Positions 1 through 10,830 of a DNA stretch of 64,000 bases are shown here, in pieces. This DNA is from Candidatus Latescibacterota bacterium (GTDB taxonomy: Bacteria > Latescibacterota > UBA2968 > GCA-2709665). Within the stretch, counting starts at the first letter, position 1. The number at the start of each line of letters is the position of its first letter. The notes beneath the pieces are model-generated. The model did no database searches. It saw only the letters and a program-made list of their open reading frames with translations, and had not been told where the DNA came from. The DNA lies in assembly GCA_965205485.1 (NCBI GenBank), contig OZ242180.1, forward strand, positions 768,001-832,000, given 5' to 3'. The translations under genes were made by a program, and so were the position numbers.

Positions 1-1
1 G

Positions 2-892
2 CGGGTTCTCGCAGAGGATGCACTGGCGCGGGCATTCGACCAGGGGCGGTTGGAGATGGTCGATACCATCCTTCACAATATTGGCAATGCAATGAATAGT
101 GTCACGACGGGAATTGAGACCCTCCGTCGCAATCTGACGAACGACCGTGCGGGACGCCGTCTGTTCGCATTGGCTGCCGCAATCGGCGAACACAGCAACG
201 ATTGGATCGACTATATCGCACACGACCCCCAGGGCAGGAAAGTGTTCCCCTTCATCATCAAGTTGGCGGACGACTTTGGCAGAAGGAATGACGAACTGAT
301 TAAGACAGTATCCCGAGTCAGGGATCGGGCGAATCGTATCGCGGACATTATTCGCACCCAGAGGGCATTGGACGGATCCGGAATGGACCGCAAGGACATA
401 GAACTCTACAGTGCGCTGTCTGCAGCGTTCAGAGTATTGCGAGACTCCCTCAAAAAGAGGGGTATCCGAACGGATGTCGACTGTGGAAACGCGCCACAGC
501 ACATTCGCGTCCGTGAAAGCCAATTTCACCAGATGTTGGTCAATCTGGTCAAGAATTCCATTGAGGCGATCGACGAACTTGCCACGCTTCAGGGACTCCT
601 TGAAACGCCCCGTATATGGATCAGGGCGAGTTCCGCGAACGGGCATCTCGTCCTGGAAGTTATCGATAATGGCTTTGGCATTCGGGAGAATGACCTCCGG
701 GCGCTGTTTACTCCCGGCTTCACGACGAAAAAATTCGGCAGTGGACTCGGCCTCCATTCGGCGGCCAATTTCGTGATCGCTTCCGGCGGAAGAATTGAAC
801 CGATTAGTGAAGGAGCAGGAAAGGGAACGACAATGAGGGTTACCTGGCCGATTTCCTCGGTGGCCGTACGAATAGGGGCGGAGAATCTATGA
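2..892 (+). CDS. Sensor histidine kinase, C-terminal part (5' end outside window)
   Basis: H-box ILHNIGNAMNS, N-box NLVKNSIEA, G boxes DNGFG and FTTK..GSGLGLH; the frame is open from position 2. Confidence 0.9.
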   Translation, partial: RVLAEDALARAFDQGRLEMVDTILHNIGNAMNSVTTGIETLRRNLTNDRAGRRLFALAAAIGEHSNDWIDYIAHDPQGRKVFPFIIKLADDFGRRNDELIKTVSRVRDRANRIADIIRTQRALDGSGMDRKDIELYSALSAAFRVLRDSLKKRGIRTDVDCGNAPQHIRVRESQFHQMLVNLVKNSIEAIDELATLQGLLETPRIWIRASSANGHLVLEVIDNGFGIRENDLRALFTPGFTTKKFGSGLGLHSAANFVIASGGRIEPISEGAGKGTTMRVTWPISSVAVRIGAENL

Positions 893-929
893 AGTAAAAA
901 ACACAGAAAAACACCCACCGGGCCGATGC

Positions 930-1175
930 GTTGCAAAAGGCAACATCTGTCGCATTTTGCGACACTCATTGAATAGTTTCAGAGGTATGTTCTCAAAGAT
1001 AACTTATAAACAGACATTTATGAGTGCTTCGTCGAGTGTTCACCCAGTTGCGCAGGAGGTCTTCAGTGGCGCGTTTTGCTACGAACACAGATTCCAGTGC
1101 CATTCAGAATCCGTTCTAACAACCTAATTATCAATGAATTGATTTCGTTGAACAACAATTGGCACGAATTGTGCA
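930..1175 (+). promoter_or_regulatory. sigma54 promoter with two UAS palindromes and an IHF site
   Basis: GTTGC-N5-GCAAC (930-944) and TGTCGCA-N3-TGCGACA (948-964); IHF consensus TATCAAtgaaTTG (1129-1141); TTGGCACGAATTGTGCA (1159-1175) with GG-N10-GC. Confidence 0.8.
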
Positions 1176-1255
1176 TTAAGCCGCAAAGGGCGGGATGAGA
1201 CGTGAATGCGCCGTGTTCAAAGAGTCCGTCAGTCGGGCGATGGCGAAGGTGGTCG

Positions 1256-3145
<1,890 letters not shown>

Positions 3146-3291
3146 AACACATACGGCATTCGGGCTGAGAATCCGTGAGAACAGCGATCGAGGGGACGTC
3201 CGGCCTCGACCCAAAATGCGGTCCTCTCCCCTCTCAGCCCGGCATTCGGAATAACCCGCTTCCGCCCACGAGCCTTATCCATAGCTCGGCC

Positions 3292-4032
3292 CTACGCCTT
3301 TCTCGCCACGAAAAACATCCTGCCCCTGCAATCAGGCGCGCCTTCCATAATCGGATCCTGTTCATCATAGGTCCGAATCCTCTCGAATCCGGCGCTCCTG
3401 AGGCGTTCCGTGATGTCCATCTCGGAGTACCACCGCTGAATGAGAGAAACGTCCGTCCGATTCCAGCCCGTCCCCTCCGACTCGAACACGGTCAGGTCCA
3501 TCCTGCCGATCCGCTCGTTCTCATTCCTCGAAGATCGCGCCACGCATACGAGATCATCCTCCACAATTCCGAAGCTGCCTCGCCAGCGCTGTACGTAGGC
3601 CTCTTCCATGTTGAGGTCGAATTCGAAATGACCGCCGTCGTCCAGGACTGTGTGGACGTTTCGAAACACCCGCGCCAGGTCGTCCAGGCTCATCACGTGG
3701 TTGAGGCTGTCGAAGGTCGAAAACACCGCTGCGAAACGTCGTTCGAGAGAAAGCTGCCGGGCGTCCTGAACGAGGAATTCTACGCCCGGCGCTTTTTTCC
3801 GCGCGATCTTGATCATCCTCGCTGACCCATCCACGCCCGTAACGGCGTATCCCTTTTCAGATAGTACGGCTGCAAGCTGTCCGGTACCGCAGCAGAGATC
3901 CAGAACGGCGCTTCCTGGCTGCAGGTCACGCATCACGAGACGATCCAGAACCGGATAAATCCGGTCTGCAAAATAACCCCAATGCCGGTTGTAGACCCCG
4001 GCAATGGGGTCATACGCGTCGTAGCGTTCCAT
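3292..4032 (-). CDS. Class I SAM-dependent methyltransferase
   Basis: Motif I VLDLCCGTG; FDSLNH. Confidence 0.88.
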   Translation of the reverse strand: MERYDAYDPIAGVYNRHWGYFADRIYPVLDRLVMRDLQPGSAVLDLCCGTGQLAAVLSEKGYAVTGVDGSARMIKIARKKAPGVEFLVQDARQLSLERRFAAVFSTFDSLNHVMSLDDLARVFRNVHTVLDDGGHFEFDLNMEEAYVQRWRGSFGIVEDDLVCVARSSRNENERIGRMDLTVFESEGTGWNRTDVSLIQRWYSEMDITERLRSAGFERIRTYDEQDPIMEGAPDCRGRMFFVARKA

Positions 4033-4153
4033 CGTGGAATTCCCTTCCGGCGATGCAGGTTATGCCTATATGAAGACCGCGGGTGAAACGCCGAATCGGT
4101 CGGACAGCGCTCGAATCTGCCGGACGATTGCTTTTGGCGATGTCGGGTCGGTT

Positions 4154-4360
4154 TCACGCCTCAATTGGCGTCAGGCGAAACACCCGGGCGACTTGTGACG
4201 CGCGCTCCAGATCGCCACTCTCCAGAGCCTCGCGAACATCATTCAGTTTATCCGCGTCGCTCCTCGAGAGGTATGGAGTCCATCCCGCGTCGCCATCGAT
4301 CAACTCCACCTCGACCTCGGCGGCATATTCTCCGACGCGTACCAGTTTTTGGGTCGTCAT
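4154..4360 (-). CDS. Small conserved hypothetical protein (possible orphan antitoxin-like)
   Basis: Compact 68-aa ORF with a natural-looking beta-hairpin/helix pattern (YAAEVEVELI..W.PYLS..DA.KL..VR.AL); function not supported. Confidence 0.6.
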   Translation of the reverse strand: MTTQKLVRVGEYAAEVEVELIDGDAGWTPYLSRSDADKLNDVREALESGDLERASQVARVFRLTPIEA

Positions 4361-4481
4361 CGCGGTGATGTTCTCCATTCAACGAAACGCTTATCCGGAT
4401 AATGTAGACTCGCTGCTCCCACGTACCAAGTATTGTGGGTCCGCTTGCAGACTGTCCATTGTGCTTTTATTTTGGTAATTA

Positions 4482-5279
4482 TCAGTGGGAGTCAATATAT
4501 CTTTTTCGCTCTTGAAACCCACCCCATTTCCGATGCGCTTTCTGCAGTTCCACGTCGATCGCGTGAAAGGTACTTTCTCCGACCTTCTTCGACGCTTTGA
4601 TCAATTCATCGCCGCTGGAGTCGTACGTGAGACAGGCGAAGACAAAGGTATCTTCATCTGAAGGTCCTGCTGTGGAATTAAACGCTGCAATCAGCGGCGC
4701 CTGTAACCAGAACGACGCGGATTGACCTGCTTTACGCAGGACGGACCGATTGTGCGGCGTCCAGAAATACTGATCCGTCGGGGCCAATATCAGGTCGGGC
4801 TCATGCTGTCCGGCCGCCAGCGCCGTTTCCGGCAACATCCAGTCCGCACAGGCCAGGATTACCACCTTGTGGCAGCGAAAAGGAATCGGATGGATCTCCT
4901 TCCCGGACGAGAATATGTGCGGACGGGTCGGGTTTCCCGCGAAAACCTTGCGTTGAACGCCACAAAGTTCGCCTTCGTACGACAGGAAATGCGTGAGGTA
5001 TAGTCTTTTGCCTTGCCGCTCGATGAATCCGACGCATACCGCTGTGGAAAAGTTCTTCGTCAGTCTGTTTACCATCCGCAGTACTTCCGGTGTATTCGCG
5101 TCGCCATCGGGCTGGGAGTTTCCGTCGTCCAATCCTGTCAAGACCGCTTCGCCGAACACGAACAGGTCTATATTCTCGTCAGCTTTCTCTTCAAGCACGC
5201 GCTCGACCGTCTCTAAATTTCGTGAAAGCGCATTTGCTTCGACCGGGACGGACGCCAGGCCGACCCTTAATGCGGACAT
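4482..5279 (-). CDS. Carbon-nitrogen hydrolase (nitrilase superfamily)
   Basis: E-K-C triad: VFGE, QRK, LACAD. Confidence 0.85.
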   Translation of the reverse strand: MSALRVGLASVPVEANALSRNLETVERVLEEKADENIDLFVFGEAVLTGLDDGNSQPDGDANTPEVLRMVNRLTKNFSTAVCVGFIERQGKRLYLTHFLSYEGELCGVQRKVFAGNPTRPHIFSSGKEIHPIPFRCHKVVILACADWMLPETALAAGQHEPDLILAPTDQYFWTPHNRSVLRKAGQSASFWLQAPLIAAFNSTAGPSDEDTFVFACLTYDSSGDELIKASKKVGESTFHAIDVELQKAHRKWGGFQERKRYIDSH

Positions 5280-5407
5280 GCTTGGCTTCTCTCCAATCGG
5301 CGCACCGTTGTGGTGAGCCCTGTCATAAGCGTTCTCAAACAAAGCCGATTCAGTTGCAGGTAACGATCAGAATCTTCCGTTCGGGAGCCACTAAGGCCGC
5401 GAGGCCT

Positions 5408-6454
5408 TTATATCGTTGTATCTGCGTCGTGGAGACTCTCCAGACCGGATACCGCGGCGCCGAGGAAGTCAGGCGTCCTCGGGTGGAGAAGGCGGCCGCA
5501 GTCCCAGAAAAACCGAATCCCACGGATATTCTCTACAGCTGCAAACAGTCTTTTCTCTTTTGCCGACAGCGAGGCGACCGGTTTTTCGATGCCCGCCTGG
5601 TAGGAAGATCGGAATGCCTCCAGATATCCAGGTTCATGGGAATCCGAACCGGGCCTTGCAACGGCTTCGCCTTCGACCTGCTGCAAGTCGCGAAGCGGGG
5701 GTCCCCATCCGGCAGACTGGAAGTCGTGAACGTTGGCGATACGCAAAGAACCGCCGTTCTCCACGAGCACGTTGTGAAGTCCGGGCTCTCCCCACAGAAA
5801 TACGCTACCACCGCGTAACCTGACCTGGGGCGCGGGGTGCAGGGCGGCCAGAAACCTGTCCCACAATTCGGGCAGCGCCGCCTCAATTGACGAAGCCAGT
5901 GCCGCGTCCCCGAATAACGCATCCCCGACGGTGGCCTCCCACGACGCCAGGTCTCTCGTATTCTCCGACCGAAGCGCTTGCGGACAGGTCTGACTGTGTA
6001 CGCGCGCCAGGGTCTCGCCAAGGAGGGCGCCCAGCCTCAGTCGCGTCGATCGGGACGCACCCCGGTAGAAGCCGATGCCCGGCTCACCCGGTTCGTAGGG
6101 AATCAGGAGGCATTCGAAAGGAAGCGGTTCCCCGTCGCCGTCGAACAACAGGTACCCGGACAAGGGAACGCCATCGACGGCCTGCAGCGCCCGCGTGGCG
6201 ATGTATTCGGTCTTCAGACTGAAGCCACGGGAATGCCGGAACTGGATCTTCAGGAAAATCCGTCCATGGGACCGGGTCTCTACGTCGAGCGTCAGATTTG
6301 TGAAATTACCTTCCCGTCGCTGAATGGAACCGGACGCACTGAAACCATGTTTCTGCAGAAATGCGTCGATCTGAGCGCGGGAGACGTCAGGTTTATCGTC
6401 GGATAGGGCCCGGATATCCTCCATGCTGGCCAGTCGTGTTACCATTCGTTGCAA
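5408..6454 (-). CDS. Aminoglycoside phosphotransferase/choline kinase-like protein with divergent active site
   Basis: FLKI lysine, LARVH, WGEPGLHNVLV in place of HGDxxxxN, and HDFQSA. Confidence 0.7.
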   Translation of the reverse strand: MQRMVTRLASMEDIRALSDDKPDVSRAQIDAFLQKHGFSASGSIQRREGNFTNLTLDVETRSHGRIFLKIQFRHSRGFSLKTEYIATRALQAVDGVPLSGYLLFDGDGEPLPFECLLIPYEPGEPGIGFYRGASRSTRLRLGALLGETLARVHSQTCPQALRSENTRDLASWEATVGDALFGDAALASSIEAALPELWDRFLAALHPAPQVRLRGGSVFLWGEPGLHNVLVENGGSLRIANVHDFQSAGWGPPLRDLQQVEGEAVARPGSDSHEPGYLEAFRSSYQAGIEKPVASLSAKEKRLFAAVENIRGIRFFWDCGRLLHPRTPDFLGAAVSGLESLHDADTTI

Positions 6455-6503
6455 TCTCTGTGTATCGTTCCGCCCGATTCAGCCGCGATGAATCCCATCC
6501 CAC

Positions 6504-7232
6504 TCATGTATCCCGCCGCATCAGGGAATAGCTCTGCGCGGTGGGGCCGCCGTGGGGTTGGGTCGCCAGAAAGAGCGCCATCGGCACCACGTCTTCAGGC
6601 GATTTGAACCACTCGCCTTCGAAGTGGAGTTTCGAGACGATATCCGTTCGTACCGGCCCGGGGATGAGTTCGTTTACGCTGATGTTGTGCTGCCGGAGTT
6701 CCTGTGCGAGAACGCGCGTCAACATCCAGAGACCGGCTTTCGAACAGCAGTAGGCCGAACTCTCAGCTAATCCGTTGTGGCCCATGCCGGATCCGATGGT
6801 GATGATCTTCCCGCCGCCCCGCCGCTTCATGGCCGGAATCGCCGCCCTGGCGCAATAGTACCCACCAAGCAGATTCGTGCGAATCGTCTCCTCCCAGGCA
6901 GCGGGATCGCCCTCCTCAACGGATCCATGATCTAGGTTCACACCCGCATTCAGCACGACGACGTCGATTCCGCACAGTTCCGCTTCCGCGAACTCGAAAA
7001 GCGCGTGTACCGCATCCTGTTGCCTCACGTCCGCCAGGAACGAGACCGCGGTCCCGCCCTCTCCGCGAATTTCCCGCACGGTTTCCTGAATCTCGGATTC
7101 GGACCTCGCCGAGCAGCAGACCGATGCGCCCGCCCGCGCGTAGCCCAATGCAATCGCACGGCCGATGCCGCGACCCGCGCCGGTTATGACAGCGACCTTA
7201 CCTGCGAGTGAATTGCTTACCTGTTCGCCCAT
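6504..7232 (-). CDS. SDR family oxidoreductase
   Basis: TGAGRGIG, NAG, YCCSK. Confidence 0.92.
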   Translation of the reverse strand: MGEQVSNSLAGKVAVITGAGRGIGRAIALGYARAGASVCCSARSESEIQETVREIRGEGGTAVSFLADVRQQDAVHALFEFAEAELCGIDVVVLNAGVNLDHGSVEEGDPAAWEETIRTNLLGGYYCARAAIPAMKRRGGGKIITIGSGMGHNGLAESSAYCCSKAGLWMLTRVLAQELRQHNISVNELIPGPVRTDIVSKLHFEGEWFKSPEDVVPMALFLATQPHGGPTAQSYSLMRRDT

Positions 7233-7323
7233 TAAGTTTACTCCCTTCGCGCAACACATTCGGGCGTGCTGTTCGTCGATTGCGTTGCCCGCACTTAATT
7301 TATCAAATCCAGCCTTGTGACGC

Positions 7324-7506
7324 GTCATTGAGCTTGTCGAAATGCCCGCCTGTGGAGCTTGACCCCTTCGAAATGCCCGCCTGTGGCTAGCTCAGGGCAT
7401 TCGACAAGCTCAGGGCAGCCTTCCCTTCGACAAGCTCAGGGCGCCTTCGACAAGCTCAGGGCAGCGCCTTCGACAAGCTCAGGGCAGCGCCTTCGACAAG
7501 CTCAAG
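7324..7506. repeat. Cluster of TTCGACAAGCTCA REP-like repeats (5 direct, 1 inverted)
   Basis: Copies start at 7400, 7426, 7446, 7469 and 7492; inverted TGAGCTTGTCGAA at 7329; the same motif recurs at about 35056-35083. Confidence 0.9.
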
Positions 7507-7535
7507 GAGCGGCTCGGGATGCGCAGCGCATCTGG

Positions 7536-7814
7536 TCACTGACCCACGGAAAAGTGCAACTTTCTCCCGATCGCTTCGGCATACTTGCGCAGTGTTGACA
7601 GCCGGATGTCCTGGGCATGGTTTTCCATTCTCGAAATAGCGGATCTCCTGGTATTCAGCTTTTTCGCTACCTCCTCCTGTGTAAAGCCGGCCTCCTTTCG
7701 GGCTTCCCGGAGCAGGACACCGATCTTGAATCCGAGATAACCACTTTCGTAATTCTCAGCGAATTCAGGGTCTCTTGCTTTGCGTTTCCCTACATACACC
7801 TTAAGGTCGCTCAT
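7536..7814 (-). CDS. XRE-family HTH protein (HigA-like antitoxin/regulator)
   Basis: LREARKEAGFTQEEVAKKL..RRSAISRMEN...IRLSTL. Confidence 0.88.
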   Translation of the reverse strand: MSDLKVYVGKRKARDPEFAENYESGYLGFKIGVLLREARKEAGFTQEEVAKKLNTRRSAISRMENHAQDIRLSTLRKYAEAIGRKLHFSVGQ

Positions 7815-8310
7815 TGGTCCTACCTCCTTCAGTCGATTTTTCGTAAGATACGATGGTCATTTTGGAATTAACAGCGCGAGGGATTCCGGTTCTCCGATAG
7901 CCGTTTTTCTCGTAAAAATAACAGTTGCCTTTCTCCTGCAGGATGGTTTCGAGTTCCCAGTGCTCGGCCTGAACGGCACCTTCAACAAGCTCAATAGCTT
8001 CTTGGCCATAGCCCTTTCCCTGATGTCTTGGGACAATAAACATCGGGCTGATTCTCGCACTCTTGACCCTGTCATCGATTATTACTCTGATCGCACCGAT
8101 CGGCACGACATCGAGCACGACGATAAAGAAACTCGTTTGGGGTTGTTTCAATCTGGCGATGATACGCTCAACACTGTCGTTAGCCGGGTTCGTTTCGAAA
8201 TCTTGGTATTTGCGGAGGAGCGGCAAAAAAGACTCGACTTGAAGCTTGTGAATTGTCTCCGCATCTGCAATAGACGCTCTTCTAAGGCTGATTCCCACAA
8301 TCTCCCTCAC
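7801..8310 (-). CDS. GNAT family N-acetyltransferase
   Basis: Acetyl-CoA motif P.HQGKGYG and FYEKNGY; GTG start overlaps the upstream stop. Confidence 0.88.
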   Translation of the reverse strand: MREIVGISLRRASIADAETIHKLQVESFLPLLRKYQDFETNPANDSVERIIARLKQPQTSFFIVVLDVVPIGAIRVIIDDRVKSARISPMFIVPRHQGKGYGQEAIELVEGAVQAEHWELETILQEKGNCYFYEKNGYRRTGIPRAVNSKMTIVSYEKSTEGGRTNERP

Positions 8311-8855
8311 TTATGCTTGAGTGCAACCCATTCGCATCGCAAGAGTCCGCACCTGACCGTGTTTCTGAATTCCCCTCTCACGTATTGGTCCTGGCGCGAC
8401 ACGCCCTCGCGGATCATGCCAAGCTTTTCCAGGACCCGGAGGGAACCGGCGTTCCGCTCATCGGTCGTCGCCTGGATACGATTCAGATCGGGCCAAGCGG
8501 CAAACGATGCGTCGATCACGGCGCCGGCCGCCTCGGTGACCAATCCTCGCCCCCAGAGGCGTCGGGCGATACTATAGCCGATTGTGCCGACACGATTCTT
8601 GAGGTCGAATCCAATATTGACGCCACCGACCGCAGATCCGGCGTATTCGATCGCCCAGGACGCGCGTTTCGTGCGGTCCTGCGACACCTGGGTTGCCAGG
8701 AATCCCTCCGCGTCGGCTCTCGTATAGGGTTGGGGAACCGGGCCAAGATAACGTGCCCACTCCGGATCGGACGCGTACGACAGGACGTCTTCAACGTCGT
8801 CTAGACTGTATGGTCTGAGTATCAACCGGTCTGTTTCGATCACTTCCGGGAGCAT
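8307..8855 (-). CDS. GNAT family (RimJ/RimL-like) N-acetyltransferase
   Basis: IETDRLILR, IGY.I...WGRG, N.GS.RVLEKLGM..EG. Confidence 0.9.
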   Translation of the reverse strand: MLPEVIETDRLILRPYSLDDVEDVLSYASDPEWARYLGPVPQPYTRADAEGFLATQVSQDRTKRASWAIEYAGSAVGGVNIGFDLKNRVGTIGYSIARRLWGRGLVTEAAGAVIDASFAAWPDLNRIQATTDERNAGSLRVLEKLGMIREGVSRQDQYVRGEFRNTVRCGLLRCEWVALKHK

Positions 8856-8891
8856 TCCCAAACCCTTCCTTTTTTAACAAGAGTGTGAATT

Positions 8892-8979
8892 GTAGGGGCG
8901 TCCCTTGTGGACGCCCGCCTATTCGACGATCGCCAGGAACATCCACAAAACCCACGGTAACCACAAGGGTTGCCTCTAC
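8892..8979. repeat. REPIN-like element (inverted pair of GTAG-type REPs), copy 1
   Basis: GTAGGGGCGTCCCTTGTGGACGCCC ... GGTAACCACAAGGGTTGCCTCTAC. Confidence 0.85.
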
Positions 8980-9013
8980 GCTGGATTCGGAAACACCCCA
9001 AGTGACAGATCGA

Positions 9014-9859
9014 TCACTCCGCGAACTGGGACTCGATGGCACCGACAATGCCAGGCACGTGCTCGTCGTAGCCGTGATTCAGGGCGAAGAAGAGGACGAA
9101 GAAGAGCTTTCGCTTCGACTGGTAATCCACCCGCATCCAGAAATCATCCCCCAGCGGCAACCGGTAGGCCTCGGCCATATCCACGGCGAACGGTTTCCCG
9201 AACCTGCGGTAGAAGGTAGCGAAATCCGTCGCCGGATCGTTCAGGCTGATGTCGCCGAAGTCAATTATCCCGGTAAGCCGGGATCCCTCTGCGTCGATCA
9301 GGACGTTGCCGGTTCCGAAATCCGAATGGGTAACGACGTTCGGGTACGCCGCGGACGCAATTTTCGACAGCACCCGACGGAAGTAGCCTTCGGCCTTGTT
9401 CCGGGTAGAGGGCTGCAGACGCGGCGCCGCGGCCGGCCACAACTCCTCCCAGAAATCGCCGCCACTGAACGGCGCGGTCTTTAGGTAGCGATGCTCGAAC
9501 GTTACGGCATGGAGACACGACAGGAAGTCGCCCAGGGCCGCCGCCAGTTTCGTTCGCTCGTTCCTGTCGTGACGCTTGAATATCGCCTCCGAAAACTTGA
9601 AACCCTCGATCTTTTCGTAGGCGATAAAGTTGGTGTCCGAGTACCGTATTTCGGGGATCGGTAGGGGCGCAAGTCCCTTGAAAAGAGGCAAAAACGCCTG
9701 CTCAACGGCAAGCTGCGTATTCGAAGGGTCCCGAACGAAACGAAATATCCACTTCCCGTTTACCTCCAGGACGATATGCGTCCAGCCCTCATCGATCCGA
9801 ACGATAGATTCGACGGAGTCGTCCAGACAGTCCCGCACGGTCGATTCATATGCATCCAT
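9014..9859 (-). CDS. Aminoglycoside phosphotransferase family protein
   Basis: WIFRF, LSCLH, THSDFGTGNVL, GIIDFGD, DPATD. Confidence 0.88.
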   Translation of the reverse strand: MDAYESTVRDCLDDSVESIVRIDEGWTHIVLEVNGKWIFRFVRDPSNTQLAVEQAFLPLFKGLAPLPIPEIRYSDTNFIAYEKIEGFKFSEAIFKRHDRNERTKLAAALGDFLSCLHAVTFEHRYLKTAPFSGGDFWEELWPAAAPRLQPSTRNKAEGYFRRVLSKIASAAYPNVVTHSDFGTGNVLIDAEGSRLTGIIDFGDISLNDPATDFATFYRRFGKPFAVDMAEAYRLPLGDDFWMRVDYQSKRKLFFVLFFALNHGYDEHVPGIVGAIESQFAE

Positions 9860-9913
9860 TCAGCTCGTCACCATGAATCTCGTCCGCTCGTCTCACACGT
9901 GGTAATTTTCGGC

Positions 9914-10000
9914 GTAGGGGCGCCCCTTGTGGGCGCCCGCTCTTTCAACGAACGCCGGGAACCACGTGAAACCCAAGGCAACCACACGGGTTGCCCCTAC
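9914..10000. repeat. REPIN-like element, copy 2
   Basis: GTAGGGGCGCCCCTTGTGGGCGCCC ... GGCAACCACACGGGTTGCCCCTAC; the spacer also resembles that of copy 1. Confidence 0.85.
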
Positions 10001-10039
10001 ACGGTGTGTAGGCGTACGGCGCCTGGCTGATCTGCAATC

Positions 10040-10705
10040 CTAAGGACTTGCCTTTCGTTTCCAAATCTCAACCGCATGCCGAAAGCCTATTTCCGGACTG
10101 CTGAGGATCGGAATGGGGATTTCCGGACACAGATTCGCCGCTCCTGCCATAGAGGCCTGCGCCAATACGATGACGTCTCCTTCGGACGCGCGCTCCTTCA
10201 ATTTGCGGGCGATTTCACTGAAATATCCTTCGTTGTCGCCCTCCTCGAGCCTGCTCCACGCATTGTCACATAGAACCTCGATCACATCAATGCGTTTCTT
10301 GCGCGTCCTCGCGACTTCAAGAATCAGGTTTCGAGTTGGCGCGAGTGTACTTTCGAGAGCCGCGGCAATGATGATTCGCGATCCGATTTCGACGGCTTTT
10401 TCGGCCATCGGACGGTCGACACGAACGACGACGCCTTCCGCCATGTCATTTGCGCTTTCCGCACTCGCTCCGATTGTAGAACAGGTGCAGAGTACCACGC
10501 GCGCCCCTTCTTCGATCACGGCGCCGATACGGCCCTGAATACGTCCATCCAGGTCCTGACTGATCCCCTTCTCGCGGGCTTCGGTCAGAAATCCCTCTTC
10601 CACAATGTGCCTGACAGGCAATTCCGTATCGGCTTCGGCTACAAGCCGATCGAATGTATCGATCAGCACCGGTGTTGTGTGAAGAAACGCCAGATGGGAT
10701 TGCAT
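10040..10705 (-). CDS. Asp/Glu/hydantoin racemase-like protein
   Basis: AFLHT, LCTCSTIG, RVDRPMA, IVLAQASMA. Confidence 0.8.
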   Translation of the reverse strand: MQSHLAFLHTTPVLIDTFDRLVAEADTELPVRHIVEEGFLTEAREKGISQDLDGRIQGRIGAVIEEGARVVLCTCSTIGASAESANDMAEGVVVRVDRPMAEKAVEIGSRIIIAAALESTLAPTRNLILEVARTRKKRIDVIEVLCDNAWSRLEEGDNEGYFSEIARKLKERASEGDVIVLAQASMAGAANLCPEIPIPILSSPEIGFRHAVEIWKRKASP

Positions 10706-10747
10706 TCGATGAATTCCTTTCATTGATTGATAACCTCTTGATGCGGA

Positions 10748-10780
10748 GAAACCCAGGGCAACCACAAGGGTTGCCCCTAC
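10748..10780. repeat. Half REPIN (single GTAG-type REP), copy 3
   Basis: AAACCCAGGGCAACCACAAGGGTTGCCCCTAC matches the right arm of copies 1 and 2. Confidence 0.8.
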
Positions 10781-10830
10781 ACAAACGAGGTATCCGTCGC
10801 TGGTAGGTGGACGTTCCGGACTCCTATTTT

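Noticed and set aside
7390..7506. Possible mini-CRISPR array
   Set aside because: Period is only 20-26 bp, there are no unique spacers and no cas genes; it is a REP-like tandem cluster
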